Shown piece after piece: positions 29,254 through 37,924 of a DNA stretch of 64,000 bases. Each line of letters starts with the position of its first letter. The stretch's first letter is position 1. This stretch comes from an uncultured Acidobacteriaceae bacterium (lineage in GTDB: Bacteria > Acidobacteriota > Terriglobia > Terriglobales > Acidobacteriaceae): contig CAVUYH010000012.1 of the NCBI GenBank assembly GCA_963745685.1, forward strand, positions 82,808 to 146,807. Direction: 5' to 3'. The position numbers and the translations under genes were made by a program. The notes under the pieces were generated by a model. It was given only the letters and a program-made list of their open reading frames with translations, did not search any database and had not been told where the DNA came from.

Positions 29254-30261
29254 TTGACTCGTCAGTACGCACGTATCGCCGGCGCCGCTGCGCTGGCCGT
29301 TTTGGCCCTCAGCTTTATGCAAGCTTCAGCGCAGACACAGGTGCCAGCCGCGCCTGCACAGACACCCACCACGCCCTCCGCACCGGCGCCTGCCGCGCCT
29401 GCACCTGCGGCGCCTGTTTTTCCCAAGCCGAACCCGGAGTTCTTTACGGCTACCTCGCCCTCCATCGATACCATCAATGCCTTTCTCGAGGCCAGCTGGG
29501 GTTACGAAGAAAACCGTGTCTGGCAGGTTGAAGCTATCCTGAAGACGGCAATCGACGGAGTAAGCAAGGTGATTGTGTACATCGGCGACAAGACCGGCAA
29601 GGAGAAGCCGACGGCGCTGCAATTTTTTGCCATGCCCGATGGCAAGCACATCATCACCGGCAACGATATTGTTGCGTTCGGCGAAAAGCCATATGCGGAT
29701 TTTCGTGCCAAGCTGCAGCAGGAAGCGACTGGGCCGGCAAGAGGCGCGGCGTCGAAGGATCTTGAACTGGTAGAGTTCGCCGATTTCCAGTGCCCGCATT
29801 GCAAGGAAGCACAGGCGAACATGGAAAAACTGGCTGCGGATTTCCCGAAGGCCCGCATCGTGTACCAGAACGATCCAATTGCTTCGATCCATCCTCAGGC
29901 CCCCAAGGCTGCTGCTTACGGAGTATGCGTAGCCAAGATGAACGGCAGCACCGCATTTTTCAAGTTCGTCTCAGATGTGTACGACGCACAGGACGGTCTG
30001 GCAACACCCGACGGAGCCACGATGACGTTGAACAGCGCATTGGCCAAGTCATCGCTGGATCCGGCGAAGGTTGCAGCCTGCGCTGACTCTGCGGAGACCA
30101 AGGCTGAAGTAGATGCTTCAGTGAAGCTGGCCGCGGATCTGGGAATTGGACAAGTGCCAACGCTGGTGATCAACGGCCGTGAGGTTCCGGCCAATGTGCC
30201 GTACGACACTTTGAAGAAGATCGTCGCTTACCAGGCCAAGCTCGATGGCATTACCCTGTAA
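29254..30261 (+). CDS. Periplasmic DsbA/thioredoxin-fold protein
   Basis: Signal peptide, Pro/Ala linker, EFADFQCPHC (CXXC) and VPTLVING cis-Pro loop; TTG start after AGGAG. Confidence 0.88.
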   Translation: MTRQYARIAGAAALAVLALSFMQASAQTQVPAAPAQTPTTPSAPAPAAPAPAAPVFPKPNPEFFTATSPSIDTINAFLEASWGYEENRVWQVEAILKTAIDGVSKVIVYIGDKTGKEKPTALQFFAMPDGKHIITGNDIVAFGEKPYADFRAKLQQEATGPARGAASKDLELVEFADFQCPHCKEAQANMEKLAADFPKARIVYQNDPIASIHPQAPKAAAYGVCVAKMNGSTAFFKFVSDVYDAQDGLATPDGATMTLNSALAKSSLDPAKVAACADSAETKAEVDASVKLAADLGIGQVPTLVINGREVPANVPYDTLKKIVAYQAKLDGITL

Positions 30262-30282
30262 TTTCATTAAGACGGTCAAAGC

Positions 30283-30309
30283 AAGGGGCGCAGCTTCGGC
30301 TGCGCTCTT
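30283..30309. terminator. Terminator between convergent dsbA-like and secretin genes
   Basis: AAGGGGCGCAGC-TTCG-GCTGCGCTCTT hairpin with a UUCG loop. Confidence 0.75.
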
Positions 30310-30326
30310 CTGTTCTGTGCGGAGAA

Positions 30327-32288
30327 TTACTGTGTCTGCGATGCGCGCTCGATGCGCAGCATGCGCGTGTGTCCGCCGGGCTGTGTATAGCGGATCACGT
30401 GCGGCGTGATCACGATAAGCAAGCTGGCGAAGCTTTTTTGCGTATCCTTGTCGGTCACGTTGCTCATCCCGGGAATCTCGCTCAGTCCCGGAGTGCCGCT
30501 GATGGCGCGGCTCTCGGCTTTATCCAGATCGCTTGCTACGACCACGGCTGAACCTTCCTTGATGGTGACGACGCCGGAGTAGGAGCGGTTGTTCAGAATC
30601 GGATTGCCATTGATGGAAGCGCCGGAAAGCGCTGTGACCTGCAGATCGACGGTCAGCGCCACGCGGTCATCGCGCATCACGTTGGCGGTGGTCTTCAGGG
30701 TCATGCCCAGATCCTGGTATTGAACCTGCGGAATGTTCGGAATGGAACCCTGCAGCGACGCGAGGATGGACGAAAGGCTGCCGGAGTTCCCAGCGGATGT
30801 AAGGCCGGGAATGTTGGGAACGCTGTTAGAAAGGCCTGAAAACGATGAGGTCTGGATAGGATAGCGCTGGCCCAGTTTCAGCGTTCCCGCTTCACCATCG
30901 CCAAGCCGAAGCTGCAGGGCATCCAGTTCGCGCGAGTCAGACGAAGTGAGATTGAAGTATGCCTTTGCCGGACCAGGCGAAAGTGCGGATTGCGTGATTC
31001 CGCCGCCGAAGAGCGCGAGGCCATTAGAGAAAACTGGACTGGTGACCTGGCCTGAAGCGAGCAGTATGCCGAGAATCGCCAGCGTATCGCCGGGAGCGGC
31101 GAGACCTGAAGAGATGATCTGCTGAACAAGAGCCGCATTCTGGCTCAGGATGGACTGCTCTTCGGCATAAACGTTGAAGGCGGCAAAACTTTGCGGCGGT
31201 TGAATGCCGAGATTGCGCTCGCTGAGGTGCGCCACCTGGATCAGCTTGACGTCGAGGATCACCTGGTTGCGTCCGTCCATGAGGGCGCGAATCGTGGAGT
31301 TGAATGCCTCGATATCATTTTTGGGAGCGCGGACGACGATGGCGCCGGCGGAGTGGTCAATGTCCGCCTGCTTCATGTTGAAGACTTGCTTGGCCAGCGT
31401 GCTCACAGCCGTCATGTCTTCGTCCTTCAGGCCGGGAAGATAGATTGTTTCCAGCACCTGCCGGGTGAACTCCTGGCGTTTGGCAACCGTGTCCTCGGCC
31501 ACCAGCACGCGATGTGCATCGAGCGGCACGTAGAACGTATGCGTTACCATGCTGACGGCATGCGCCGCAGATTCAAAGCCGGCGTCGTCGGTGTCGAGCC
31601 GAGCGGGCGTGGAGCGCACGCTCTCATCCAACATGGGATCGATGCCGTAGGCCTTGAACACTTCTTCAACAATCTGTCGCTGGTTGGAGCGGAGATGAAA
31701 GCTGTGCCGGTCAGGCGACGACTGTAGGCTTACGGATTCGCCGAGGTTAGGAGCAGGCTGCGTATTGATTGGTACGGGCTGCTGGCGAGCAACGTCGTCG
31801 CCAAGCTCGTAAAGGTGCTGTGTTGCAGCAACGTTGTTCGGATCGAGTTGCAGCGCACGCACCAATGCGGCGCGAGCGCCATCGGTGTCGGATCGCAGGC
31901 GGTCTTTGGCGGCGGTCTGGATGAGCGCGGTGACAGCGTGGTTGCGGGCAACATCGCCGGCAAGCCGGTAGTTGTTGTTGGCGGGGTCGAGCGTGGCCGC
32001 CTCGTTGTAGTCCTTCAGCGCTTCTTCAAATTGCTCGGCCATGAAGAGCTTGCTCGCATCCAGATACAGCCTGGCTGCGCGGCGACGATCGCGATCGCGC
32101 GGCCGTGCAGCATCTGCGCCGACAACGGTGGTGGGTTGGATGGTCTGCGGGGTGGGTGAGGGCGATGCAGGTGCCGCTTGCGCTGCAGCGGAAGCGCGAA
32201 GCATCGCAAGCGAAAGCGCAACGGTCACGGATGCGGTCAACATGTTGCGCCAGGATGAGATGAGGAACTGCGAACGCGGCCGCATCAC
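30327..32288 (-). CDS. Secretin (GspD/PilQ-like) with N-terminal TPR
   Basis: TPR helices, QVILDVKLIQV, YQDLGMTLKT and PGLSEIPG secretin motifs, LLIVITPHVIR. Confidence 0.82.
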   Translation of the reverse strand: MMRPRSQFLISSWRNMLTASVTVALSLAMLRASAAAQAAPASPSPTPQTIQPTTVVGADAARPRDRDRRRAARLYLDASKLFMAEQFEEALKDYNEAATLDPANNNYRLAGDVARNHAVTALIQTAAKDRLRSDTDGARAALVRALQLDPNNVAATQHLYELGDDVARQQPVPINTQPAPNLGESVSLQSSPDRHSFHLRSNQRQIVEEVFKAYGIDPMLDESVRSTPARLDTDDAGFESAAHAVSMVTHTFYVPLDAHRVLVAEDTVAKRQEFTRQVLETIYLPGLKDEDMTAVSTLAKQVFNMKQADIDHSAGAIVVRAPKNDIEAFNSTIRALMDGRNQVILDVKLIQVAHLSERNLGIQPPQSFAAFNVYAEEQSILSQNAALVQQIISSGLAAPGDTLAILGILLASGQVTSPVFSNGLALFGGGITQSALSPGPAKAYFNLTSSDSRELDALQLRLGDGEAGTLKLGQRYPIQTSSFSGLSNSVPNIPGLTSAGNSGSLSSILASLQGSIPNIPQVQYQDLGMTLKTTANVMRDDRVALTVDLQVTALSGASINGNPILNNRSYSGVVTIKEGSAVVVASDLDKAESRAISGTPGLSEIPGMSNVTDKDTQKSFASLLIVITPHVIRYTQPGGHTRMLRIERASQTQ

Positions 32289-33022
32289 CGGGCCGCCTGA
32301 GTGTGCGCCAGCAAGGCAGCCAGGGATGTGGCACAGACCTCGGGCTCGTGCTTGTACAGGTCGTCGAAGCTGAAGTGCCCTGTTGCCACCGCAATGACGG
32401 GCAGTGAGTTTGCATGGGCAGCTTCAATGTCGCGCGGAGTGTCGCCGACGACGCAAACGGTAGCGTCGAGGCCGGCCATTTCTCTTGCCTTGGCAGCTGC
32501 CTGGCCAATCAGCTCCGAGCGCACAGAAAATTTATCGCTGAATCCGCCGAACTTGAACCACTCGCGAAGGCCGGCCTGCTCAATCTTGATCCAGCCAATG
32601 GCTTCAAGGTTGCCGCTGGCGATGCCCAGGTACGCTCCTTTGGCAGCGAGGTACCGCAGGGCCTCTTCCACGCCCGGCATGCGGATAAGATCCATCTGGC
32701 TGCGCTGCTCGGCTACAGCGTGGCGCATGGCATCCAGTACGGCCTCGGCGCGTTCTTCCATGACCTTGGCTGGGATGCCAGCTTGCTGGCAAGCCTCGCG
32801 GAGTATGGCGGTATCGGTATTGCCCGCGAGTTGGATGCCTGCGAACGAGAGTTCGAACCCCGTGACCCGTTTGAACGACGTGGCAAAGGAGTTGAAATGA
32901 ATGCGGTCGCGGCTGCGCATGAGCGTGCCGTCGATATCAAAGAGATAGGCTGCCTGGGCGTCCCAGGCAAAGCCCTGCTGAATGGTAATACGGTCTTGTT
33001 GGGTAGTTGGAGTGGTCAGCAT
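32285..33022 (-). CDS. HAD family hydrolase
   Basis: YLFDIDGTL, ASGNL and VVGDTPRDI motifs. Confidence 0.9.
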   Translation of the reverse strand: MLTTPTTQQDRITIQQGFAWDAQAAYLFDIDGTLMRSRDRIHFNSFATSFKRVTGFELSFAGIQLAGNTDTAILREACQQAGIPAKVMEERAEAVLDAMRHAVAEQRSQMDLIRMPGVEEALRYLAAKGAYLGIASGNLEAIGWIKIEQAGLREWFKFGGFSDKFSVRSELIGQAAAKAREMAGLDATVCVVGDTPRDIEAAHANSLPVIAVATGHFSFDDLYKHEPEVCATSLAALLAHTQAAR

Positions 33023-33057
33023 GATTTCGGCTTGGCGCCGTCAGCCCTGGCTCCAGG

Positions 33058-33345
33058 TCATCCCTGGCGGTAGCCGTGGCGGAAGGCGCTAAACACAGGA
33101 CGTTCGCTGCGCACCGGACGCTTGAGTTCGGTGCGAACTTCAGAAAGATCAAGGCCTAGCTCTGCCATGGCGCGGCTCAGCGTGTTGCGGTGAATACCCA
33201 GCTCTTCCGCCGCCTTGCACTGGTTTCCCCGGTGCGCAACCAAGACTTCCCTTAAATATTGTTTTTTAAACTCCCGAACGGCTTCCTCATAGGGAATGCC
33301 GCTGGAGTGCATTTGTGTGACCAGGCTATCCAGTTCTCGTCTCAC
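33058..33345 (-). CDS. Fis-type helix-turn-helix protein
   Basis: GNQCKAAEELGIHRNTLSR HTH motif in a 95-aa protein. Confidence 0.85.
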   Translation of the reverse strand: MRRELDSLVTQMHSSGIPYEEAVREFKKQYLREVLVAHRGNQCKAAEELGIHRNTLSRAMAELGLDLSEVRTELKRPVRSERPVFSAFRHGYRQG

Positions 33346-33410
33346 GTCTACCTCATGAACTTCCTATACTAAATCCGCGTTTTCCGGTGCGCCATAGTTT
33401 TATTTCAGTT

Positions 33411-33950
33411 TTATGAACCGGGCGGATGCATCCATTCCGGCGCGCGCTTCTGCATCTCGTCGATGCCGTGACGGACGCGATTGGCAAGCTCGCCGGGGCT
33501 CAGGTGCGTGGTCACGTGGCACGCTCCATAAAAGTATTTGGGCAGCTCTGCTTCAGCCAGCCAGGGCGACTTTGGAAAGAAGGCCAGCACTACCAGGATG
33601 CTCACCATCACCAGCAGGGCGCCCTGCGCAAAACCAAACACCGCGCCGGCAAGCCGATCGAGGCAACCCAGGCCAATCTTGTGCACCACTTTCGAAATGA
33701 AATGGCCGACCAGACCGGCAATGGCCATAATGACCAGCGCGATGAGCAGAAATCCGATTGCGTCGGCGACAGCTTCAATCCGCACGATGGGCAGTAGAAA
33801 GCTGGCGATGCGGCCGTAGTTCCACGCGGCAATCAGCAGGCCAAAGACAAGGCCCCCGAGTGAGCACACCGAGCGCAGCAGGCCCTGAGTGATGCCGCCG
33901 ATGGTTGCCGCTGTAAGCACAATTACGATGGCCCAATCCACCCACGTCAT
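33411..33950 (-). CDS. cvpA: Colicin V production family protein
   Basis: MTWVDWAIV, four TM segments and LDRLAGAVFG motif; adjacent to a pur gene. Confidence 0.9.
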   Translation of the reverse strand: MTWVDWAIVIVLTAATIGGITQGLLRSVCSLGGLVFGLLIAAWNYGRIASFLLPIVRIEAVADAIGFLLIALVIMAIAGLVGHFISKVVHKIGLGCLDRLAGAVFGFAQGALLVMVSILVVLAFFPKSPWLAEAELPKYFYGACHVTTHLSPGELANRVRHGIDEMQKRAPEWMHPPGS

Positions 33951-34011
33951 ATCGCCCTCCTGGTTTGGCAGTCGTGATTTGTTGCGGTCGGGTTCGTCGC
34001 AGTCCGTGTTG

Positions 34012-34905
34012 CTACAGGGTTAGTTCACGTCCTGTGAGGCGGCGGAAGGCCTCAAGATATTTGGCCTGTGTTCGTTCCACCACTTCAAGAGGCAGGCCGG
34101 GAGCAGGGGCCTGCTTGTTCCACCGGATCGATTCAAGATAATCGCGCACAAACTGCTTGTCGAATGAGGCCTGCGCGCCGCCGGGTTTCCACGCCGTGCC
34201 TTCCCAGAAGCGGGAAGAGTCTGGCGTTAGAACTTCGTCAGCAAGGATGATTTGATTGCCCACTCTACCGAACTCAAACTTTGTGTCGGCAAGGATCAGG
34301 CCGCACGATTTTGCGTGTTGATGTGCCTTGCGGTAGAGGCCAAGCGTAAGATCGCGCAGCGAAGCGGCATCTGCAGCGCCTACCACCGCCGCCGTTGCTT
34401 CGAAGGAAATGTTCTCGTCGTGCGAGCCGTCCTGGCTCTTCGTCGCCGGTGTAAAGATCGGCTCCGGCAACTGCGATCCGTCAAGCAAGCCTGCCGGCAA
34501 CGGAATTCCACACACTGTGCCGGCCGCCCGGTACTCCTTCCAGCCTGAGCCGGCCAGATAACCGCGCGCGACACACTCGACGGGGAACATGGCGGCGCGC
34601 TTTACAAGCATCGAGCGGCCTTCGAGCTGATCAGCGAACGGCAGTAACTCGGCGGGAAACTCACTGACGCTGGTGGCAAGCAGGTGGTTTGGCGCAATGT
34701 CACTTAGCAGCTCAAACCAGAAGAGCGAAATCTGCGTAAGAATTTTGCCTTTACCGGGGATGCCCGTGGCCAGCACGTGATCGAAGGCGGAGATGCGGTC
34801 AGTGGCAACCAACAGCAACGCATCGCCGACAACGTATAGGTCGCGCACCTTGCCGCGTGCGATCAAAGGTATTTCGCCGAGATTTGTTTTGAGCAATGCG
34901 GTCAC
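34012..34905 (-). CDS. purC: SAICAR synthetase
   Basis: RGKVRDLY, ATDRISAFD, ECVARGYLAGS, ADTKFEFG, DEVLTPDSSRFW and DKQFVRDY motifs. Confidence 0.97.
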   Translation of the reverse strand: MTALLKTNLGEIPLIARGKVRDLYVVGDALLLVATDRISAFDHVLATGIPGKGKILTQISLFWFELLSDIAPNHLLATSVSEFPAELLPFADQLEGRSMLVKRAAMFPVECVARGYLAGSGWKEYRAAGTVCGIPLPAGLLDGSQLPEPIFTPATKSQDGSHDENISFEATAAVVGAADAASLRDLTLGLYRKAHQHAKSCGLILADTKFEFGRVGNQIILADEVLTPDSSRFWEGTAWKPGGAQASFDKQFVRDYLESIRWNKQAPAPGLPLEVVERTQAKYLEAFRRLTGRELTL

Positions 34906-35485
34906 CGGAGAGTCCTGCCTTGGAGGGAACTGAATCTCCGATTTTCGAGCGGCGGCCGGGCTTTGTCAATGCGCGAAATGACACGCAAGGCCTTTCAATC
35001 CAATATTTCTGCGGCTGGGGGATTGAGCTGGAATGCAGGAGCTTTGAGGCTGGGGAGAATGCAGGCAAGCTGATCGAAACGGCCGGGGAAAAAATATGCA
35101 CAGAACTGTGTGATGGCCGTCACGGACCGAATTTTCTTCTTGGGAGAAACTTCGATTGTCAACATTGGTTCAGAGAGCGAGTACGAAAGCTCTCTTTGAG
35201 CCGGTTGTCACGAGGCAGCAGTGGAAAGGGGAAGCCGCGGCTAGCTTCGTTTGTGCAGGGATCACCAGTAGCCGCGCGCTACCGACCTCCAGCGTCGGCT
35301 ACTGGTACCCACTTATCTTGGTTTTATTCAAGCGCCTCCGAAGCGACGTTTTCCTTTGGGGGCGGTTATTTTGCCCAAAACAGCCTGAATGAACATTGCC
35401 AACGTTATGTATGGGCATTTGCCTTGTGATTCCTCGTGAACACGCGGCTGCTGCGGCCCGCCTCCGTTCGCGGTATGCTCACACT

Positions 35486-36487
35486 ATGGTTCGCTTCACG
35501 GTGCTGGCCTCGGGGTCGAAGGGCAACGCCACGGTTGTCACCGGTGGCAGCACACGAATCCTGGTCGACTGCGGACTGAGCTGCCGAGAGTTGTTCCGGC
35601 GCATGCGGCTGGCCGGCGAAGAACCGGAGACTCTGGACGCCATCGTCATCACCCACGAGCACATGGACCACGTGAATGGGCTGGCTGTGACAGCCCGCAA
35701 GCTGGGGATTCCCGTGTACTTTACTGAGGCCACGCACCGCGCCTGGATGCGTTGGCTGTTGCCGCGGCGCCAGATGACCTATGCGCAATGGCTGGAGCAG
35801 TGCCGCAAACTCGCAGCCGAGCGTCAGGCCGAAGCCGAGGCGGCTACTCAGGAAGGCGAACAGGACGACCAGGAGGCCGAAGCGCAACTGGAGTGCGTGG
35901 CGGCTGAGGCGGCGGCGACTCCGGTCGCTGACGCGGCAAAAACTCCCTCTGACGGCACTCCCTTGCGCAAGGAGGACCCAACTTGGTTACCGGCAGTGGA
36001 ATACTTCCAGGCGGGCGAGTGCTTCGAGATCGGCGATATTGCCGTAAGCCCTTTTACGATTCCGCACGATGCAGCGGACCCGGTTGGCTTTGTGTTCCGG
36101 GCCGAAGGCATCCGAATGGCCTGCGCGACCGACCTGGGGTACATTCCTCCCAACGTGAAAGCCCAGCTGAAAGGCGTGGATCTACTGTTGCTCGAGTCGA
36201 ACCACGACCTTGAGATGCTGCGGGATGGCCCCTACCCCTGGTCAGTTAAACAAAGGGTACTCTCTCGCGTTGGACACCTATCCAACGAGGCGACGGCGGA
36301 TTATCTTGAGAAGGTATACGATGGGCAGGCCGCTTACGTGATTCTGGCTCATCTATCTGAAAGCAATAATCTTCCGGAGCTTGCGCGGGTGACGGCCGAA
36401 CGTGCCTTGAATGGGCGGGCAAGCTTGTTGGCCAACCGGCTGCTGCTGGCTGCCCAGCACGAACCGCTTTCAGCTATCTCTTTTTAA
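35486..36487 (+). CDS. MBL-fold metallo-hydrolase (YycJ/WalJ-like) with a long internal insertion
   Basis: LASGSKGN, THEHMDH, HDAADP, ESNHD, GHLSN and LAHLSESNN motifs; ATG at 35486. Confidence 0.88.
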   Translation: MVRFTVLASGSKGNATVVTGGSTRILVDCGLSCRELFRRMRLAGEEPETLDAIVITHEHMDHVNGLAVTARKLGIPVYFTEATHRAWMRWLLPRRQMTYAQWLEQCRKLAAERQAEAEAATQEGEQDDQEAEAQLECVAAEAAATPVADAAKTPSDGTPLRKEDPTWLPAVEYFQAGECFEIGDIAVSPFTIPHDAADPVGFVFRAEGIRMACATDLGYIPPNVKAQLKGVDLLLLESNHDLEMLRDGPYPWSVKQRVLSRVGHLSNEATADYLEKVYDGQAAYVILAHLSESNNLPELARVTAERALNGRASLLANRLLLAAQHEPLSAISF

Positions 36488-36510
36488 ACGAAGCAGGTTA
36501 CAATGGTAAG

Positions 36511-36660
36511 ACACGGGCATCCTATATGCAGAAGCGACCGGCGAGGTGGGATGCCGCGGTTGGCGTATGCCAGGGCAAGTAAATCTGACCTGAGGCTTTG
36601 TTGAATCAGTCCCGGGCGCCAGAGCATCCGTAAGTAAAGGGACAGCATTGCCCCTGAGGT
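36511..36660 (+). ncRNA. Candidate structured RNA or long leader (family unassigned)
   Basis: Follows TACAAT (36499-36504); stems GGCATCCTAT/GTGGGATGCC, CAGGGCAA/TTGCCCCTG, GTCCC/GGGAC, and alternative GGATGC/GCATCC plus TTGGCG/CGCCAG. Confidence 0.4.
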
Positions 36661-36706
36661 CCTGAGCAAACCGAACCATTAACCATTCATTTTTTGGTGA
36701 GTCCTT

Positions 36707-37174
36707 ATGTCTATGGCTAAGAGCAGATGCACCGATCGAGTCGTAGGCGCCATCCTGGCAAGTTGGCGTTATGACATATCCGGAATTACTCCGGATATGC
36801 GCAGGGACTACGAGCAGCATTTTGTTGAATGTACCCACTGCAGCGCACGTCAGAAATTTCATCGCAGTCTTGACGGGGCTTTAGCTGTCCTTACTTCTCT
36901 ATCGGCACTTTTCTTTCTTTTTGCACTGGCAGCACTCAAGCACATTAAGCCGTTGGAACACGTGGCCTTTAACTTCTTCGGGCTGGACGTGGCCGACATG
37001 TATCACATGCTCTTTTCGGCAGGAATTGCCGGACTTTGCTTCTCTCTGATCGCACTGGCGCTCGTATTAACGGCCACACCGGCGCCGAAGTATTTCGGAG
37101 GCATCGCTGCGGAACGCGCCAGGCTGATTGAAGAGCGGCTGCCCGATTCGATCAAATCCATCAGGCTGCGGTAA
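36707..37174 (+). CDS. Membrane protein with an N-terminal HxxxCxxC (ZAS-like) motif
   Basis: HFVECTHC followed by two hydrophobic helices; own terminator. Confidence 0.75.
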   Translation: MSMAKSRCTDRVVGAILASWRYDISGITPDMRRDYEQHFVECTHCSARQKFHRSLDGALAVLTSLSALFFLFALAALKHIKPLEHVAFNFFGLDVADMYHMLFSAGIAGLCFSLIALALVLTATPAPKYFGGIAAERARLIEERLPDSIKSIRLR

Positions 37175-37200
37175 GAGCGGCAGCGTTGCCGATGAACTAC

Positions 37201-37226
37201 AAAGGCCTCCCGAGCGGGAGGCCTTT
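37201..37226. terminator. Rho-independent terminator
   Basis: Perfect AAAGGCCTCCCG/CGGGAGGCCTTT hairpin. Confidence 0.8.
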
Positions 37227-37269
37227 GCGCGTTTAGCGATAGCGCTGCAGTTGATTCTCGAATCGCATC

Positions 37270-37290
37270 GTAATAACATATGTAATAACA
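37270..37290 (+). promoter_or_regulatory. Putative TA autoregulatory operator
   Basis: Direct repeat GTAATAACA-TAT-GTAATAACA in an AT-rich patch 22 nt upstream of the antitoxin ATG. Confidence 0.5.
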
Positions 37291-37312
37291 GAAGCGATGA
37301 GGGGAGGTCGAG

Positions 37313-37537
37313 ATGCTCGTACTTAAGCTAACGCAGATCGGGAACTCCGTCGGCTTTGTGCTGCCCAAGGAAGCTGCCGCGCGGCTGAAGGTGGAGAAGG
37401 GCGATGTGCTCTATCTGACTGAAGCTCCCGGGGGCTATCACCTGACTCCGTACGACCCGGAATTCGAGCAGCAGACGAGCGAAGCCGAACGAATCATGAA
37501 AAAGCGCCGCAACGTGCTGCGCGCCCTTTCGAAATAG
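37313..37537 (+). CDS. AbrB/MazE-fold antitoxin
   Basis: LKLTQIGNSVGFVLPKE motif, 74 aa, directly upstream of a Doc toxin. Confidence 0.9.
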   Translation: MLVLKLTQIGNSVGFVLPKEAAARLKVEKGDVLYLTEAPGGYHLTPYDPEFEQQTSEAERIMKKRRNVLRALSK

Positions 37538-37540
37538 CTC

Positions 37541-37924
37541 ATGCTCTGGGTCTGGGTGCTGGAAAGCACAGCGCGCGCAATCCACGACGCACAACTGGCA
37601 GAGCATGGCGGTCGTGTGGGACTGCTTGAAGAGGGACGACTTGCTTCAGCGCTGGCCCATCCGAAGAACCTTGCTGCCTATAACGAGAAAACTGACGCGG
37701 CCGCGCTGGCAGCGGCATACGCCTCTGCAATTTCCCGCAACCATCCGTTTGTGGACGGCAACAAGCGCACAGCATTCGTAGTGATGGAACTGTTTCTCCA
37801 TTTGAACGGCTATGTGCTCGAGGCCGATGATGCCGAGTGCATTTCCGCAATGGAGACGCTTGCCGCTGGCGAACTGTCCGAATCCGATTTGACTACGTGG
37901 ATTCGAGAGCGGATTACTTATTGA
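37541..37924 (+). CDS. doc: Death-on-curing (Doc/Fic) toxin
   Basis: [11 protein letters not shown] motif; 127 aa. Confidence 0.92.
   Translation: MLWVWVLESTARAIHDAQLAEHGGRVGLLEEGRLASALAHPKNLAAYNEKTDAAALAAAYASAISRNHPFVDGNKRTAFVVMELFLHLNGYVLEADDAECISAMETLAAGELSESDLTTWIRERITY

Noticed and set aside
36533-36578. ZTP (pfl) riboswitch
   Set aside because: GCGACCGGCGAGGTGGG resembles the 5' half, but the GCC/GGC P3 stem and the ligand-pairing U are missing.
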